Shown: positions 28,351 through 37,949 of the stretch, piece after piece
How the letters are laid out: every line of letters begins with the position of its first letter
Numbering within the stretch: the stretch's first letter is position 1
Origin: Candidatus Kaiserbacteria bacterium RIFCSPHIGHO2_01_FULL_53_29
Lineage (GTDB): Bacteria > Patescibacteriota > Minisyncoccia > Phycocordibacterales > UBA2100
DNA length: 64,000 bases
NCBI GenBank assembly: GCA_001781125.1
Contig: MFKT01000029.1
Coordinates: 68,040-132,039, forward strand
Direction: 5' to 3'
The notes under the pieces: generated by a model
Seen by the model: the letters and a program-made list of their open reading frames with translations, nothing else
Databases searched by the model: none
What the model was told of the DNA's origin: nothing
Position numbers and translations under genes: made by a program

Positions 28351-30268
28351 ATTCTTTTTTCTCCGGTTGCGCATACTCCATAAGCCGCTGGTCGATGTCG
28401 TCCAAAAATTCCGACGGGAGTGTGTGTTCACGCGAACCGTATTTCATGCGCTCGCTCGCATACGAGAGAAAAAGTCGTTTGCGTGCGCGGGTGAGTGCGA
28501 CGTAGAAAAGTCGTCGCTCTTCCTCCGGGTCGCGCATCTCGTCGCTCTCATGCATTGAGGGGAAAAGTCCCTGCTCAAGACCGGTGATAAAGACGGCATC
28601 GAATTCCAAGCCTTTAGAGGCATGGACCGTCATGAGCGATATGGCTTCCATTTCCTCTCTTAATTCGTCTTGGTCGCTTTGTAGGGCTGCTTCTTCCAGC
28701 AGTTGTTCAATTCCCTCTGGTGGAGCGGCATAATCGAAACGAGTCGCGAAGTTTACGAGCTCGCGAATGTTTTCCAGCCGCTCATGCCCTTCCTCTTTAT
28801 CATTCTTGTACATTTTTTCCATCCCACTCGCCTCGAGTGCGTATCGCACCGCGTCGGAGGCGGGGAGTGTCTCGAGCGCCTTCCGGATATGGGTGAGAGT
28901 ATCCCGAAATCCCTGCACTTTTGCGCGCGCCGCGCGCGCAAGCACATGATCGGCATTCATCAACATTTTCTCGAGCGTCACTTTCCCTATCCCCCGGGAT
29001 GGCGTGCTCGCGGCCCGCGCAAGATCAATTCTACTTTTCGGATTCCACGCCGCGCGCAGATAGCTCAGGAGATCTTTGACCTCCTTGCGCTCGAAGAATC
29101 GTGTACCGATGACGCGATATGGCAGATTGAAATGCAGAAACGCTTCTTCAAGAGCGCGCGACTGGAAATTCTCTCGATACAACACTGCGACCTCGCTCGC
29201 CTTTCCGCCGGAGGCGGATCCGCCTCCGGCGGACATTCCTTTCTCTATAAGTTCTTGGCATTTTGTCGCAACAAACCACGCCTCGTCGATCTCATTTTGC
29301 GCTCCATAGAGTGAGAGCGGCTCACCAGTCGGGTTCTCGGTGAACAATACTTTTGGTTTGCGTCGCAGATTCTTTTCAATGATCGAATTTGCGGCTGCGA
29401 GAATGGTGCGCGTCGAGCGGTAGTTTTGCTCGAGCGTTACAACTTTTGTATTCGGAAACACCTCCTCGAACTCAAGTAAATTTTCAAGACGCGCCTGTCT
29501 CCATGTGTAGATCGCTTGGTCCAAGTCGCCAACGACGCACAAGTTGTTCTCCGGTGCGGCAAGCAGTCGCGCGATCTCGTACTGTGCCGCGTTGGTGTCC
29601 TGGTATTCATCAATAGTGATGTGGGTCCAGCGATTTTGCAAAAGATCGCGCACACCGGCATGCGCGCGCAAAAGTGTGAGCGTGCGCAAAAGAAGGTCGT
29701 CAAAATCCAGCGCTCCCTCGTCGTGCAGGGCTTTCTCGTAGTTTCTCCAGGCCTTTGCAATAATTCGCTCCCGAAAATTCCGTGCCCCGACTTCGAATTC
29801 CCCGGCGGAAAGGCCTTTGCCTTTCTCCCGCGAGATCACTGCAAGTGCCGCGCGTGGCGGAATCGATTCGACTTTGTCTGCCTCGAGCGAACGCCTGAGG
29901 GTCCGCATGCTGTCATCGCGATCCCAGATCGAGAAGCCCCGGGGAATTCCCGCTTCCAGGTGGAATTCGCGCAAGATCCTCACTCCGAGCGAGTGGAAGG
30001 TCGTAAGAAGAGGGATGTTTTTGCCTGCGGGGATAAGGGCTCGCACCCGCTCCCGCATCTCTCCGGCAGCTTTGTTGGTAAAGGTGACGGCAAGTATCCG
30101 GTGCGCGGGTACCCCGCTTTCTATAAGGTGGATGATACGGTGAGTGATGGTCTTGGTCTTCCCCGCTCCTGCGCCGGCGACGATGAGTAGGGGCCCATCA
30201 GTGTGCAACGCAGCCTCCCTCTGTCGTTCGTTGAGATCATCGAGGGATGACACCCCGTTAGAAGCCAT
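28328..30268 (-). CDS. pcrA: UvrD/PcrA/Rep superfamily 1 DNA helicase
   Basis: AGAGAGKT, TFTNKAA, DEYQD, QNYRS, MTVHASKGLEF, EERRLFYVALTRA. Confidence 0.93.
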   Translation of the reverse strand: MASNGVSSLDDLNERQREAALHTDGPLLIVAGAGAGKTKTITHRIIHLIESGVPAHRILAVTFTNKAAGEMRERVRALIPAGKNIPLLTTFHSLGVRILREFHLEAGIPRGFSIWDRDDSMRTLRRSLEADKVESIPPRAALAVISREKGKGLSAGEFEVGARNFRERIIAKAWRNYEKALHDEGALDFDDLLLRTLTLLRAHAGVRDLLQNRWTHITIDEYQDTNAAQYEIARLLAAPENNLCVVGDLDQAIYTWRQARLENLLEFEEVFPNTKVVTLEQNYRSTRTILAAANSIIEKNLRRKPKVLFTENPTGEPLSLYGAQNEIDEAWFVATKCQELIEKGMSAGGGSASGGKASEVAVLYRENFQSRALEEAFLHFNLPYRVIGTRFFERKEVKDLLSYLRAAWNPKSRIDLARAASTPSRGIGKVTLEKMLMNADHVLARAARAKVQGFRDTLTHIRKALETLPASDAVRYALEASGMEKMYKNDKEEGHERLENIRELVNFATRFDYAAPPEGIEQLLEEAALQSDQDELREEMEAISLMTVHASKGLEFDAVFITGLEQGLFPSMHESDEMRDPEEERRLFYVALTRARKRLFLSYASERMKYGSREHTLPSEFLDDIDQRLMEYAQPEKKEYEEETIR

Positions 30269-30334
30269 ATGATTTTGAAAAAGTGATAAACATGCTGTTC
30301 CGAACCCTGATCCGGGAAGCTTCTAACGGGGACA
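30249..30334. mobile_element. MITE-like element CCCCGTTAGA...TCTAACGGG(G) (copy 2)
   Basis: Terminal inverted repeats with GACA direct repeats; overlaps the pcrA start. Confidence 0.7.
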
Positions 30335-30650
30335 TCGGACGACTATAGCATGTACTTTCTTCTTCATATAGAAAACGGCTTAAAACAAGGCTACAATAAG
30401 TATCGTCGAGATTGACAATTAGGTTATCCACCGTCCCGCCCTATTATGAATTGACGATGAACCCCTAATGAGGGTAGAGTGAACGGACGGTGGCACTACC
30501 GTACGCTACTCTAGAGGCTGAATCTCCTAAAAAATGAGATTTAAAGCCAAATTTCTGTCCATTCCCTTGTGCCATCTTTAAAAGAGGCTTTATTGTCTAG
30601 CTGAAGATAGAGGATAGCAAAAGTAGGGGTTTTTTGCGTATTCACCAGCG

Positions 30651-31802
30651 ATGACAGAAAGCCGATTAGATCGGCCTATATATAGAAAAAAGAGTGATTC
30701 TCTGCAGGACTCGCGTCCGCGCGGGATGAAATATTCGTTCAGAACCGCACGCGCGGCCCGCTTCGCCGGTGCTACAGCGAGGCGAGCGACCACTCTTATT
30801 TCGTTGGTGCTCGTGCTTGGAGCCCTCATTCCCGCGACCGCGCGGGCTTCTGTTTTGGGTACTTTCATGTCTGCGATTCTGCACAAGCCTGAAAAACAGA
30901 ACAACGCATCCTTCGGAGGCAGCAACCTTCAGACGATGGCGCTCCCCAAACCCGCCATGAATGTCGACCCAAAGGCCGGCAAGGGCGGTGGGGACATAAA
31001 GATCGTTGACGATAGCGCTCTCCTGCCCGAGGAAGGACCTTCCGGGACACCCGCAGAGTACGACAAACCGAAAGATGCAACGATCAGCACCTACGTCGTT
31101 CGGGAGGGCGACACCTTGAGCGGCATCGCGAAGCTCTTCAATGTCACGCCGAGCACGATCCTCTGGGCCAACGATCTCTCAAGCGCCTCCAAACTGAAGG
31201 TCGGCCAGACGCTCACCGTCCTGCCAGTCACCGGTGTGAGGTACCAGATCAAGAAAGGAGATACACTCATCTCCGTCGCGAAACGTTTCGGTGCTGATGC
31301 GACCGAGATCGCGAATTACAATGGCATCGACGATGCGGCGCTCGCAGCGGGGGTGGACATTATTATCCCCGACGGCGAGATATCGGCACCGACGCCGGCA
31401 AAAACCCCGGGCAAGACCGTCACGGCCGCCGCGAAATATGGTACGGGGGCGCAGATTGGCTACTACATGGCGCCGCTCGCACGTTACGTGGAAACTCAAG
31501 GTATCCACGGGTACAACGGCGTTGATCTCGGGGCTCCTATCGGCACGTCCGTCATGGCGGCGGCCGATGGCACTGTCGTCACCGCGAAGTCAGGCGGATA
31601 CAACGGCGGCTATGGCAACTATGTGGTCGTCCAGCACGGCAACGGCTCGCAAACCCTCTATGCCCACATGTCGAAAGTCGCGACGTATGCCGGAGCAAGC
31701 GTCGTGCAAGGCCAGGTCATCGGCTCCGTAGGCTCCACGGGGAAGTCCACGGGCGCACATCTGCACTTCGAAATTCGTAACGGCATCCGCAATCCGTTCT
31801 AA
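30651..31802 (+). CDS. LysM x2 + M23 peptidase (cell-wall endopeptidase)
   Basis: YVVREGDTLSGIA, YQIKKGDTL, HGYNGVD, YGNYV, LYAHM, STGAHLHFE; start uncertain (30651 or 30726). Confidence 0.9.
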   Translation: MTESRLDRPIYRKKSDSLQDSRPRGMKYSFRTARAARFAGATARRATTLISLVLVLGALIPATARASVLGTFMSAILHKPEKQNNASFGGSNLQTMALPKPAMNVDPKAGKGGGDIKIVDDSALLPEEGPSGTPAEYDKPKDATISTYVVREGDTLSGIAKLFNVTPSTILWANDLSSASKLKVGQTLTVLPVTGVRYQIKKGDTLISVAKRFGADATEIANYNGIDDAALAAGVDIIIPDGEISAPTPAKTPGKTVTAAAKYGTGAQIGYYMAPLARYVETQGIHGYNGVDLGAPIGTSVMAAADGTVVTAKSGGYNGGYGNYVVVQHGNGSQTLYAHMSKVATYAGASVVQGQVIGSVGSTGKSTGAHLHFEIRNGIRNPF

Positions 31803-31979
31803 ATGTATGATGGAAATAATCAGTAGTCTCGTCTTTTTGCTGCGCCATTTGAAATAGGCGAGCAACGTATTCATTCTTGGGCTAAAAAACGTTTTTTCAA
31901 GAATTCGGTAAATCGATCCATTTCCCTATCCGGCGGAAAGGTATCTATTCCCATACAGACAGCATACCGGAAACTTTTT

Positions 31980-32177
31980 CTACTTTCTGTGAGGAGCGGG
32001 AATACCGAGGTCTCGGCAAATCTTGTGTACGAGAGCGGGATCGTCGATGTTGGTATGTCGCGGGACCGTACTCGCTAGCGCGTTCTTGGGGTTGTACCAA
32101 ACACTATGCCGACCTCCCTCGCGCAGAGGAATGCATCCATGCTCACGCAAATGACGTTCGAGATCGCGACGCTTCAT
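31980..32177 (-). CDS. hicA: HicA family toxin
   Basis: LREHGC..REGGRHSVW..TVPRH..ICRDLGI. Confidence 0.9.
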   Translation of the reverse strand: MKRRDLERHLREHGCIPLREGGRHSVWYNPKNALASTVPRHTNIDDPALVHKICRDLGIPAPHRK

Positions 32178-32398
32178 GCATGAACGCGCTCTATAAAGGA
32201 GAGAGGTTCGCGTACGAGAGATGCTTTCGGATACTCGCGTTTGGTAAGCAGGCGGCGCGCGGCAAGGAATTCACGCAAAGCATCGTGAAGGTTTTCGGTG
32301 GTGGCATTCTTGGTTTTTCCTTGTGTGTTCACGCCCGGGATCTCCTCGATCCATGCCACATAGCCGGACTTAGTCTTTTTGTAAATCGCCGTATACAT
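32174..32398 (-). CDS. hicB: Short HicB family antitoxin
   Basis: MYTAIYKK..GYVAWIEEIPGVNTQGKT; ATGA overlap with hicA. Confidence 0.88.
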   Translation of the reverse strand: MYTAIYKKTKSGYVAWIEEIPGVNTQGKTKNATTENLHDALREFLAARRLLTKREYPKASLVREPLSFIERVHA

Positions 32399-32473
32399 GT
32401 CCCGCAGTATAGCAAATGAGAGCAAAAACAACGCATTGCACTGGACTCTGAAAACTGTTAGATTGAGGCAGTT

Positions 32474-33508
32474 GTGTTGAACTTGGATGTCATAGTCGAT
32501 CTCCAGTATGGAGATTGTGGAAAGGGCAAAGTTGCCCACTATTTAAGCCATAAAAACTCCTACACCCACGTGCTCCGCTACAACGGCGGCTGCAACGCCG
32601 GCCACACGATTTTTCATAAAGGGAAAAAATTTGTTACACACTCCGTGCCCGCCGGTGTGTTTTTTGGTGTGAAGTCTATCATCGGCTCCGGCTGTGTTGT
32701 GGACCCCGATCAATTTTTCCGCGAGATTGCAATGCTCGAAAAAGGCGGGGTCGCTACCCGCGGAAAGATCTTCATTGCGAATAACGCGCACATCGTTACC
32801 GATGCGCACAAAAATGAGGACAAACAAAAAGGCGGCAAGATAGGCACCACCGGCCGCGGCAACGGCCCCGCGTATCGCGATAAGTACGGCCGCACCGGCG
32901 TGCGCGCAGAGCAGGTAAGGAAGCTCAAACCGTACCTTATTGATCTCTACGATGAGTGGTATGGGAAATCCGCCCAAGGCGGATCGGCCTCGGGCCGAAA
33001 GAATATAAATATTCTTGCTGAAGGTGCGCAGGGCTTCGGGCTCGATATTGATTGGGGCGATTATCCGTTCGTCACATCGAGCCATTGCACTACAGCCGGC
33101 GCGCTCTTGAACGGACTTCCTGCAAGCGCCATTCGGAGTGTGTGGGGAGTCGCGAAGATCTACGAGACGTACGTGGGCAGCAAGAAATTCCAGCCGAAAG
33201 GCAAAGTATTCAACAAAATCGGAGATATCGGAGAGGAATTCGGCTCGACAACCGGCCGACGTCGCCAGACAAATTGGATGAATATGGCTTCGCTCGAGCG
33301 CGCTATCCGCATGAACGGTGTCACGCACATCGTTTTCAGCAAGACCGACGTCTTGCGCGACGTCGGCGCGTGGGCGGTTATAGATAAAAACAAAGTGGTT
33401 GCGTTTAAAAGTGAAAAAGCAATGCAAGATTTCGTACTCAAACGTCTCAAATCATTCGGCATTCCGAAAACAAAAGTGTATTTCTCCGACAGCAAAGAGA
33501 CGATCTAG
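32474..33508 (+). CDS. purA: Adenylosuccinate synthetase (short form)
   Basis: QYGDCGKGK, GGCNAGHT, GTTGRGNGPAY, EGAQG, YPFVTSS, TTGRRR. Confidence 0.9.
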   Translation: MLNLDVIVDLQYGDCGKGKVAHYLSHKNSYTHVLRYNGGCNAGHTIFHKGKKFVTHSVPAGVFFGVKSIIGSGCVVDPDQFFREIAMLEKGGVATRGKIFIANNAHIVTDAHKNEDKQKGGKIGTTGRGNGPAYRDKYGRTGVRAEQVRKLKPYLIDLYDEWYGKSAQGGSASGRKNINILAEGAQGFGLDIDWGDYPFVTSSHCTTAGALLNGLPASAIRSVWGVAKIYETYVGSKKFQPKGKVFNKIGDIGEEFGSTTGRRRQTNWMNMASLERAIRMNGVTHIVFSKTDVLRDVGAWAVIDKNKVVAFKSEKAMQDFVLKRLKSFGIPKTKVYFSDSKETI

Positions 33509-33768
33509 GTTCCAAAGAGTTCGTGGTGCGTGCCGATGTTGATAAAGCGCACAATCGAATCACTCACATGATAGAAGATGGCGCGATAATCGCCGGTGAC
33601 GCTGATACAGCGGCACCCGGCATATGGTTCGTGCAGGGCATGATTGTAAAGCAGAGGATGATACGGGTCTTGGATGAATAAATCACGACGCTTTTTGAAT
33701 TGTTCGCGAACTTTTTGCGACAGTTTGGCGTATTTCTTCTCGAATGTTCGGTCGTACCCGATTATCAT
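33505..33768 (-). CDS. RelE/YafQ-type mRNA interferase toxin
   Basis: LYNHAL..ISVTGDYRAIF..IGTHHELF. Confidence 0.88.
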   Translation of the reverse strand: MIIGYDRTFEKKYAKLSQKVREQFKKRRDLFIQDPYHPLLYNHALHEPYAGCRCISVTGDYRAIFYHVSDSIVRFINIGTHHELFGT

Positions 33769-33774
33769 ATCGCT

Positions 33775-34056
33775 CTACAGAGAATCGAGATATCGATCCA
33801 TTTCTTTCGTATCTGCAAACAGCGGCGAGAGACGACCCTTTCGGTTGTTATGTATGTCCTTGAGCGACCGATCGAGTTCTTTTCGTGTTTTCGCGTTCGG
33901 GACAAGCGGCTCTCCGAATTCAATACGCTGGTCCTTGGCGAATTGCTTGAGCTGACGGTTCACCACCATCGAGAGCGGTACGCCGATCCTTTTTGCCACC
34001 CTCCGAGCATTATCGCGCACATCTTTGTCCACCTTGAAGCTCATTACTGTTTTCAT
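33775..34056 (-). CDS. RelB/DinJ family antitoxin
   Basis: FKVDKDVRDNA..IGVPLS..PNAKT; directly upstream of the toxin. Confidence 0.85.
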   Translation of the reverse strand: MKTVMSFKVDKDVRDNARRVAKRIGVPLSMVVNRQLKQFAKDQRIEFGEPLVPNAKTRKELDRSLKDIHNNRKGRLSPLFADTKEMDRYLDSL

Positions 34057-34120
34057 AACCGAAGTATATACAACGGTAGTATTGTGTCAAGGCATATTTC
34101 TCCGACAGCAAGGGAACAAT

Positions 34121-34909
34121 CTAATTCGTATCGGGTTCAAATCGCATGCGGTCGAGATACGACCGGTATGGCAGCTCTTTTTTCTTGAGAATCTCATCGT
34201 TGATCGTATCTGCGGTAACGAAGGTAACCCACGGAAAGGTTTTCTGCAGATCGGGTACCAAATCTTCATAGATAGCGTTGACGTACACGGCTCGGAGATT
34301 TCTGAGACGTGAATCGCCAGTGCTGTACCCTTTTTGGCCGTCCAGGAGTTCATCGTAATTCGAGAGCAGAACGAACGGTTCGCTGGTATAAGGACTAACA
34401 TACAGTGCACCCTGCAGAGGTGCCCATTCGCTGTCGCATACGCCGCTGCCGAGAATATTCAATAGTATTTCCAATTCATAATCTTCTCTTGCAAAGTGTC
34501 GCGCTCGCAAGCCGCTCCCCATCACGTGTCGGCGCACGTCTTCGGAGAGCACCTTGGAACTTTCTCGAAGGATAATGTTTCCCTTCAAATTTGGATCTGA
34601 TAACGATTGCCCTTTATAAAAATATCCATCGTTTGCCGCACGAGTGAGTGTATGATCTCTGACCTCTGCTGCTCGTGTGCGCAGTTCCGTAAATTGTGGG
34701 TCGCTGTCTGATATTTTTTGCCACTCGTTCTTTCTCCATTCATTAAGTTCTTCTATTTGAGATGGGACCTCTATTTCGGCATCCGGCACTTCTGAAGTAC
34801 CACTAGATGCACCTGGCTCGATTCTTTCTCCAACTCCCGCCAGTATCTCGTCGACTGTGAGCCGTTTGCTTTTCCTATTAGGATCGAAGGAATCCGGTGT
34901 GCCCATCAT
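34121..34909 (-). CDS. Hypothetical protein
   Basis: 262-aa ORF translationally coupled to comM; lower GC than neighbours. Confidence 0.65.
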   Translation of the reverse strand: MMGTPDSFDPNRKSKRLTVDEILAGVGERIEPGASSGTSEVPDAEIEVPSQIEELNEWRKNEWQKISDSDPQFTELRTRAAEVRDHTLTRAANDGYFYKGQSLSDPNLKGNIILRESSKVLSEDVRRHVMGSGLRARHFAREDYELEILLNILGSGVCDSEWAPLQGALYVSPYTSEPFVLLSNYDELLDGQKGYSTGDSRLRNLRAVYVNAIYEDLVPDLQKTFPWVTFVTADTINDEILKKKELPYRSYLDRMRFEPDTN

Positions 34910-36489
34910 ATTTCTCTGGCGCGATATTGCAGGGCTTCCAGCATGTGACCGGGCTCGATCGTGTCGTTGCTCGCGAGGTCGGCTATCGTGCGGGCGAGTT
35001 TGATGGTGCGGTGGTAGCCGCGCGGGGAGAGTTTCATCGAGCGCGCGGCGCCTTGCAAGGTCTCCTCCGCTTTTGACGCGAGGTTGGCGAAGGATTCGAT
35101 CTCTTTTGGTCCCATATCGGCGTTCGTCGAGATGCCTTTTGCATTTTTGAACCGCTCGCGCTGTCGCGCGCGGGCTCTTGCCACGTGCTCCCGTGCACGC
35201 TCCGTCTCTCCCGCCGCTCGCTTTGCTTTTGTCGAGAGTGTCTCAAACGGAATGTGGCCCACCGAGACCCACATGTCGATGCGGTCGGCGACGGGGCCCG
35301 ATATTTTCCGGCGATATTTTTCCACGAGGTGCGGCATGCACTGACAGCGCGAGGTGCCAAGAAATCCGCAGGGGCACGGATTGAGTGCCGCGATGAGCAT
35401 AAAATTTGCGGGAAATACTGCCGAGCCTTTGGCGCGTGCGATCGAGATCACGCGATCCTCGAGGGGCTCGCGCAATGCATTGATGACGTCACGGTGAAAT
35501 TCGGGGAATTCATCGGTGAAAAGCACGCCACGATGCGCGAGCGTTGCTTCGCCGGGGCGGATACCAGACGAGCCGCCCCCGATAAGCGCAGCATAGGAAG
35601 ATGTGTGATGCGGAGCGCGAAATGGTGGCCGGTGGATGGCGCTGCCGCTCAAGGCGCCCGAGAGCGAATGGATCGTGGTGACCTCGATCATTTCGTCTTC
35701 TGAAAGGTCGGGCAGTATCGAAGCGGCCGCGCGTGCGAGCAGCGTCTTCCCTGTTCCCGGCGGGCCATACAGTGCGAGATTATGTGCACCCGCAGCTGCG
35801 ATGACAAGTCCGCGTTTTGCACTCTCCTGCCCGCGTATTTCATCGAGCGCAGCAATGTCGTCGTCGCGCTCGTATGCGCGGCGCATTGCCGGATCAAAAG
35901 TCTTTGTTTTTAAATCATCCTGTAATTGCGTGATCGTATCTTCAAGTGAAGTGACGGGATGGATAGAAATGCCGGAGATGAGCGAGGCTTCTTCAGCATT
36001 TTCCGCCGGCACATAGAGCTCGGTAAATCCATTGGCACGCGCGGCGGTCGCTATCGAGAGCACACCGAGAATTTTGCGCAGCGTGCCGTCGAGCGCCAAT
36101 TCCCCGGCGAACAGTTTTCCTTTCGGATCGAATTTGACCTGCCGCGATGCGAGCAGGAATGCGAGCGCAAGCGGCAGATCAAATGCGGCGCCCTCTTTCT
36201 TCAATTCTGCAGGCGCGAGCGAGAGGACGATCTTTTTATTGCTGCGTTTCGGTGATTCATACCCACCGTCTTCTCTGCTCGTCGGTATAGGCGGCTCGGT
36301 ATTTTTTATCGCCGCCGCGATGCGGTCCTTGGCTTCCTCCACTGATTTATCCGGCAGCCCCACGATGGTAAAGGCATGCAAGCCTTTCACGATGTCGCAC
36401 TCGACGGACACGACGGCTGCGGTGGGCAGCATCGGCTGTGCGCCGAACACCCGCGCAAATCCGGAAGCGATCTTTTGCTTTTCCGCCAT
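34906..36489 (-). CDS. comM: YifB/ComM Mg-chelatase-like AAA+ ATPase
   Basis: IVGLPDKSVEEAKDR, GELALDG, GPPGTGKT, RAPHHT, LAHRGVLF, NPCPCG, ARTIADL. Confidence 0.92.
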   Translation of the reverse strand: MAEKQKIASGFARVFGAQPMLPTAAVVSVECDIVKGLHAFTIVGLPDKSVEEAKDRIAAAIKNTEPPIPTSREDGGYESPKRSNKKIVLSLAPAELKKEGAAFDLPLALAFLLASRQVKFDPKGKLFAGELALDGTLRKILGVLSIATAARANGFTELYVPAENAEEASLISGISIHPVTSLEDTITQLQDDLKTKTFDPAMRRAYERDDDIAALDEIRGQESAKRGLVIAAAGAHNLALYGPPGTGKTLLARAAASILPDLSEDEMIEVTTIHSLSGALSGSAIHRPPFRAPHHTSSYAALIGGGSSGIRPGEATLAHRGVLFTDEFPEFHRDVINALREPLEDRVISIARAKGSAVFPANFMLIAALNPCPCGFLGTSRCQCMPHLVEKYRRKISGPVADRIDMWVSVGHIPFETLSTKAKRAAGETERAREHVARARARQRERFKNAKGISTNADMGPKEIESFANLASKAEETLQGAARSMKLSPRGYHRTIKLARTIADLASNDTIEPGHMLEALQYRAREI

Positions 36490-36792
36490 CGGGGCATTGT
36501 ACCGTGTTTACAGACGGGTATTCAAAATGAATACCCAGGAGGAAGTTCCTGGGCGGAGGGGAGAAAATATTTAGAAAATATTTTCAATAAATTATTTGAG
36601 CAATGCGGATCGGGATCCGCGACGTGACAACATCAGTTGTCATGTTTGTTTTGGATCACTTCCGATCCAAATCTAAAGCCAGTGTGCAATAGTTTATTGA
36701 AATTCGTCTATAATTAGTGTATGATTGTAGGTGGATAACTATTATGTGGCTCTAAACAAGGATATTATATTAGTAGATAGTTGTCGGAAAAT

Positions 36793-37548
36793 ATGTACGA
36801 AAAGGCACTAATTGCGGCAGGACTTGATGAGAAGCAAGCTCTTGTGTATATCGCCTGTTTAGAGCTCGGGCCCTCAAAGGTTCCCGCGATCGCCCGAGAA
36901 GCTGAAATAAAAAGAACCACCGCGTACGGGATAGTTGACGAGCTCGTATCGATAGGGCTGATTTCCACAAGTTACAAAGGCAAGACAAAGCTCTACAGCG
37001 CGGCAGATCCAGAGGCGATCATGACATTGCTCGAAGAGCGGAAAAAGAAAGTGACCGACGTCATGCCTGAGTTGTCCGAATTGTTCATTACGCGCCACGT
37101 GCGTCCGAAAATAACTTTTTTCGAAGGACGCGAAGGGTTGAGGAAGATCTATGCTGATGTCCTCGAGTGCAAGTCCAAAGAGATCAAGCAGATAGCGCGC
37201 GTGCGGCAGCACAATGAGGCTATCGGTGACGCGTTTATCAAAGATTTCATTAAAAAGAGGATCGCGCGCGGCATCGTCACCCGCGTTCTGCATCCGAAGG
37301 CGGGAGATCTCTATACAAGTGAGCGGGGAATGGAAGATCCGAAGCTGAAGCGATACGTGCGCTACCTTCCCCCAAATGTTTTTTACGCGGCCATGATCAT
37401 GATCTACGATCACAAGGTCGCGATGGTATCTACAAAGGAAGAGAACTTCGGGTTTATCATCGAGAGCAAGCAATTCTCAAACACACTGAACGCCTACTTC
37501 GATTTTATGTGGGGGCTCGGCTCAAAAGAGCCGGACCTCAATACGTAA
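36793..37548 (+). CDS. TrmB family transcriptional regulator
   Basis: GLDEKQALVYIACL..IKRTTAY wHTH, FFEGREG, IYDHKVA. Confidence 0.85.
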   Translation: MYEKALIAAGLDEKQALVYIACLELGPSKVPAIAREAEIKRTTAYGIVDELVSIGLISTSYKGKTKLYSAADPEAIMTLLEERKKKVTDVMPELSELFITRHVRPKITFFEGREGLRKIYADVLECKSKEIKQIARVRQHNEAIGDAFIKDFIKKRIARGIVTRVLHPKAGDLYTSERGMEDPKLKRYVRYLPPNVFYAAMIMIYDHKVAMVSTKEENFGFIIESKQFSNTLNAYFDFMWGLGSKEPDLNT

Positions 37549-37551
37549 GTG

Positions 37552-37917
37552 TCACTGGGCGTGTGCGATACACGTGCGCGCAGCAGGATTTGCTTCGAGG
37601 CGCTCGATCGGGATCTGCTCTTTACCGACTTCGCAGATGCCATAGGTGTCCGTGTCCATTTTTTTGAGCGCATCCACAACATCGCGGTGCTGACGCTCCA
37701 ATTCTTCCACCAAGGGCACGTTCGTCACCAGCTCTTCGATCTGATCGGCGGCGTCGGTGGGATCGGCTTCTGTGCCCTCAAGTCCGCTTGAGTTGCCCTG
37801 CCAATCCCCCGTTGTGGATTGCACGCGCCCATGCCCCCCGAGCTCCTCTTCGAGTGTGTTGCGCTCTACTTCCAGCGCATCGCGCAGTTCTTCCAACTGG
37901 CTCTCATCAATATTCAT
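37552..37917 (-). CDS. DksA/TraR C4 zinc-finger protein
   Basis: DAAD, ALKKMDTDTYGICEV..IPIERLEANPAARTC. Confidence 0.85.
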   Translation of the reverse strand: MNIDESQLEELRDALEVERNTLEEELGGHGRVQSTTGDWQGNSSGLEGTEADPTDAADQIEELVTNVPLVEELERQHRDVVDALKKMDTDTYGICEVGKEQIPIERLEANPAARTCIAHAQ

Positions 37918-37949
37918 GGCCCCCAGTATAACAAACGAGGCCTTGCGCG

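Noticed and set aside
32474..33508. PurZ (2-aminoadenine pathway) instead of PurA, given the short length
   Set aside because: The catalytic Asp is retained (GDCGKG) where PurZ has Ser, and there are no datZ/mazZ or phage genes nearby.
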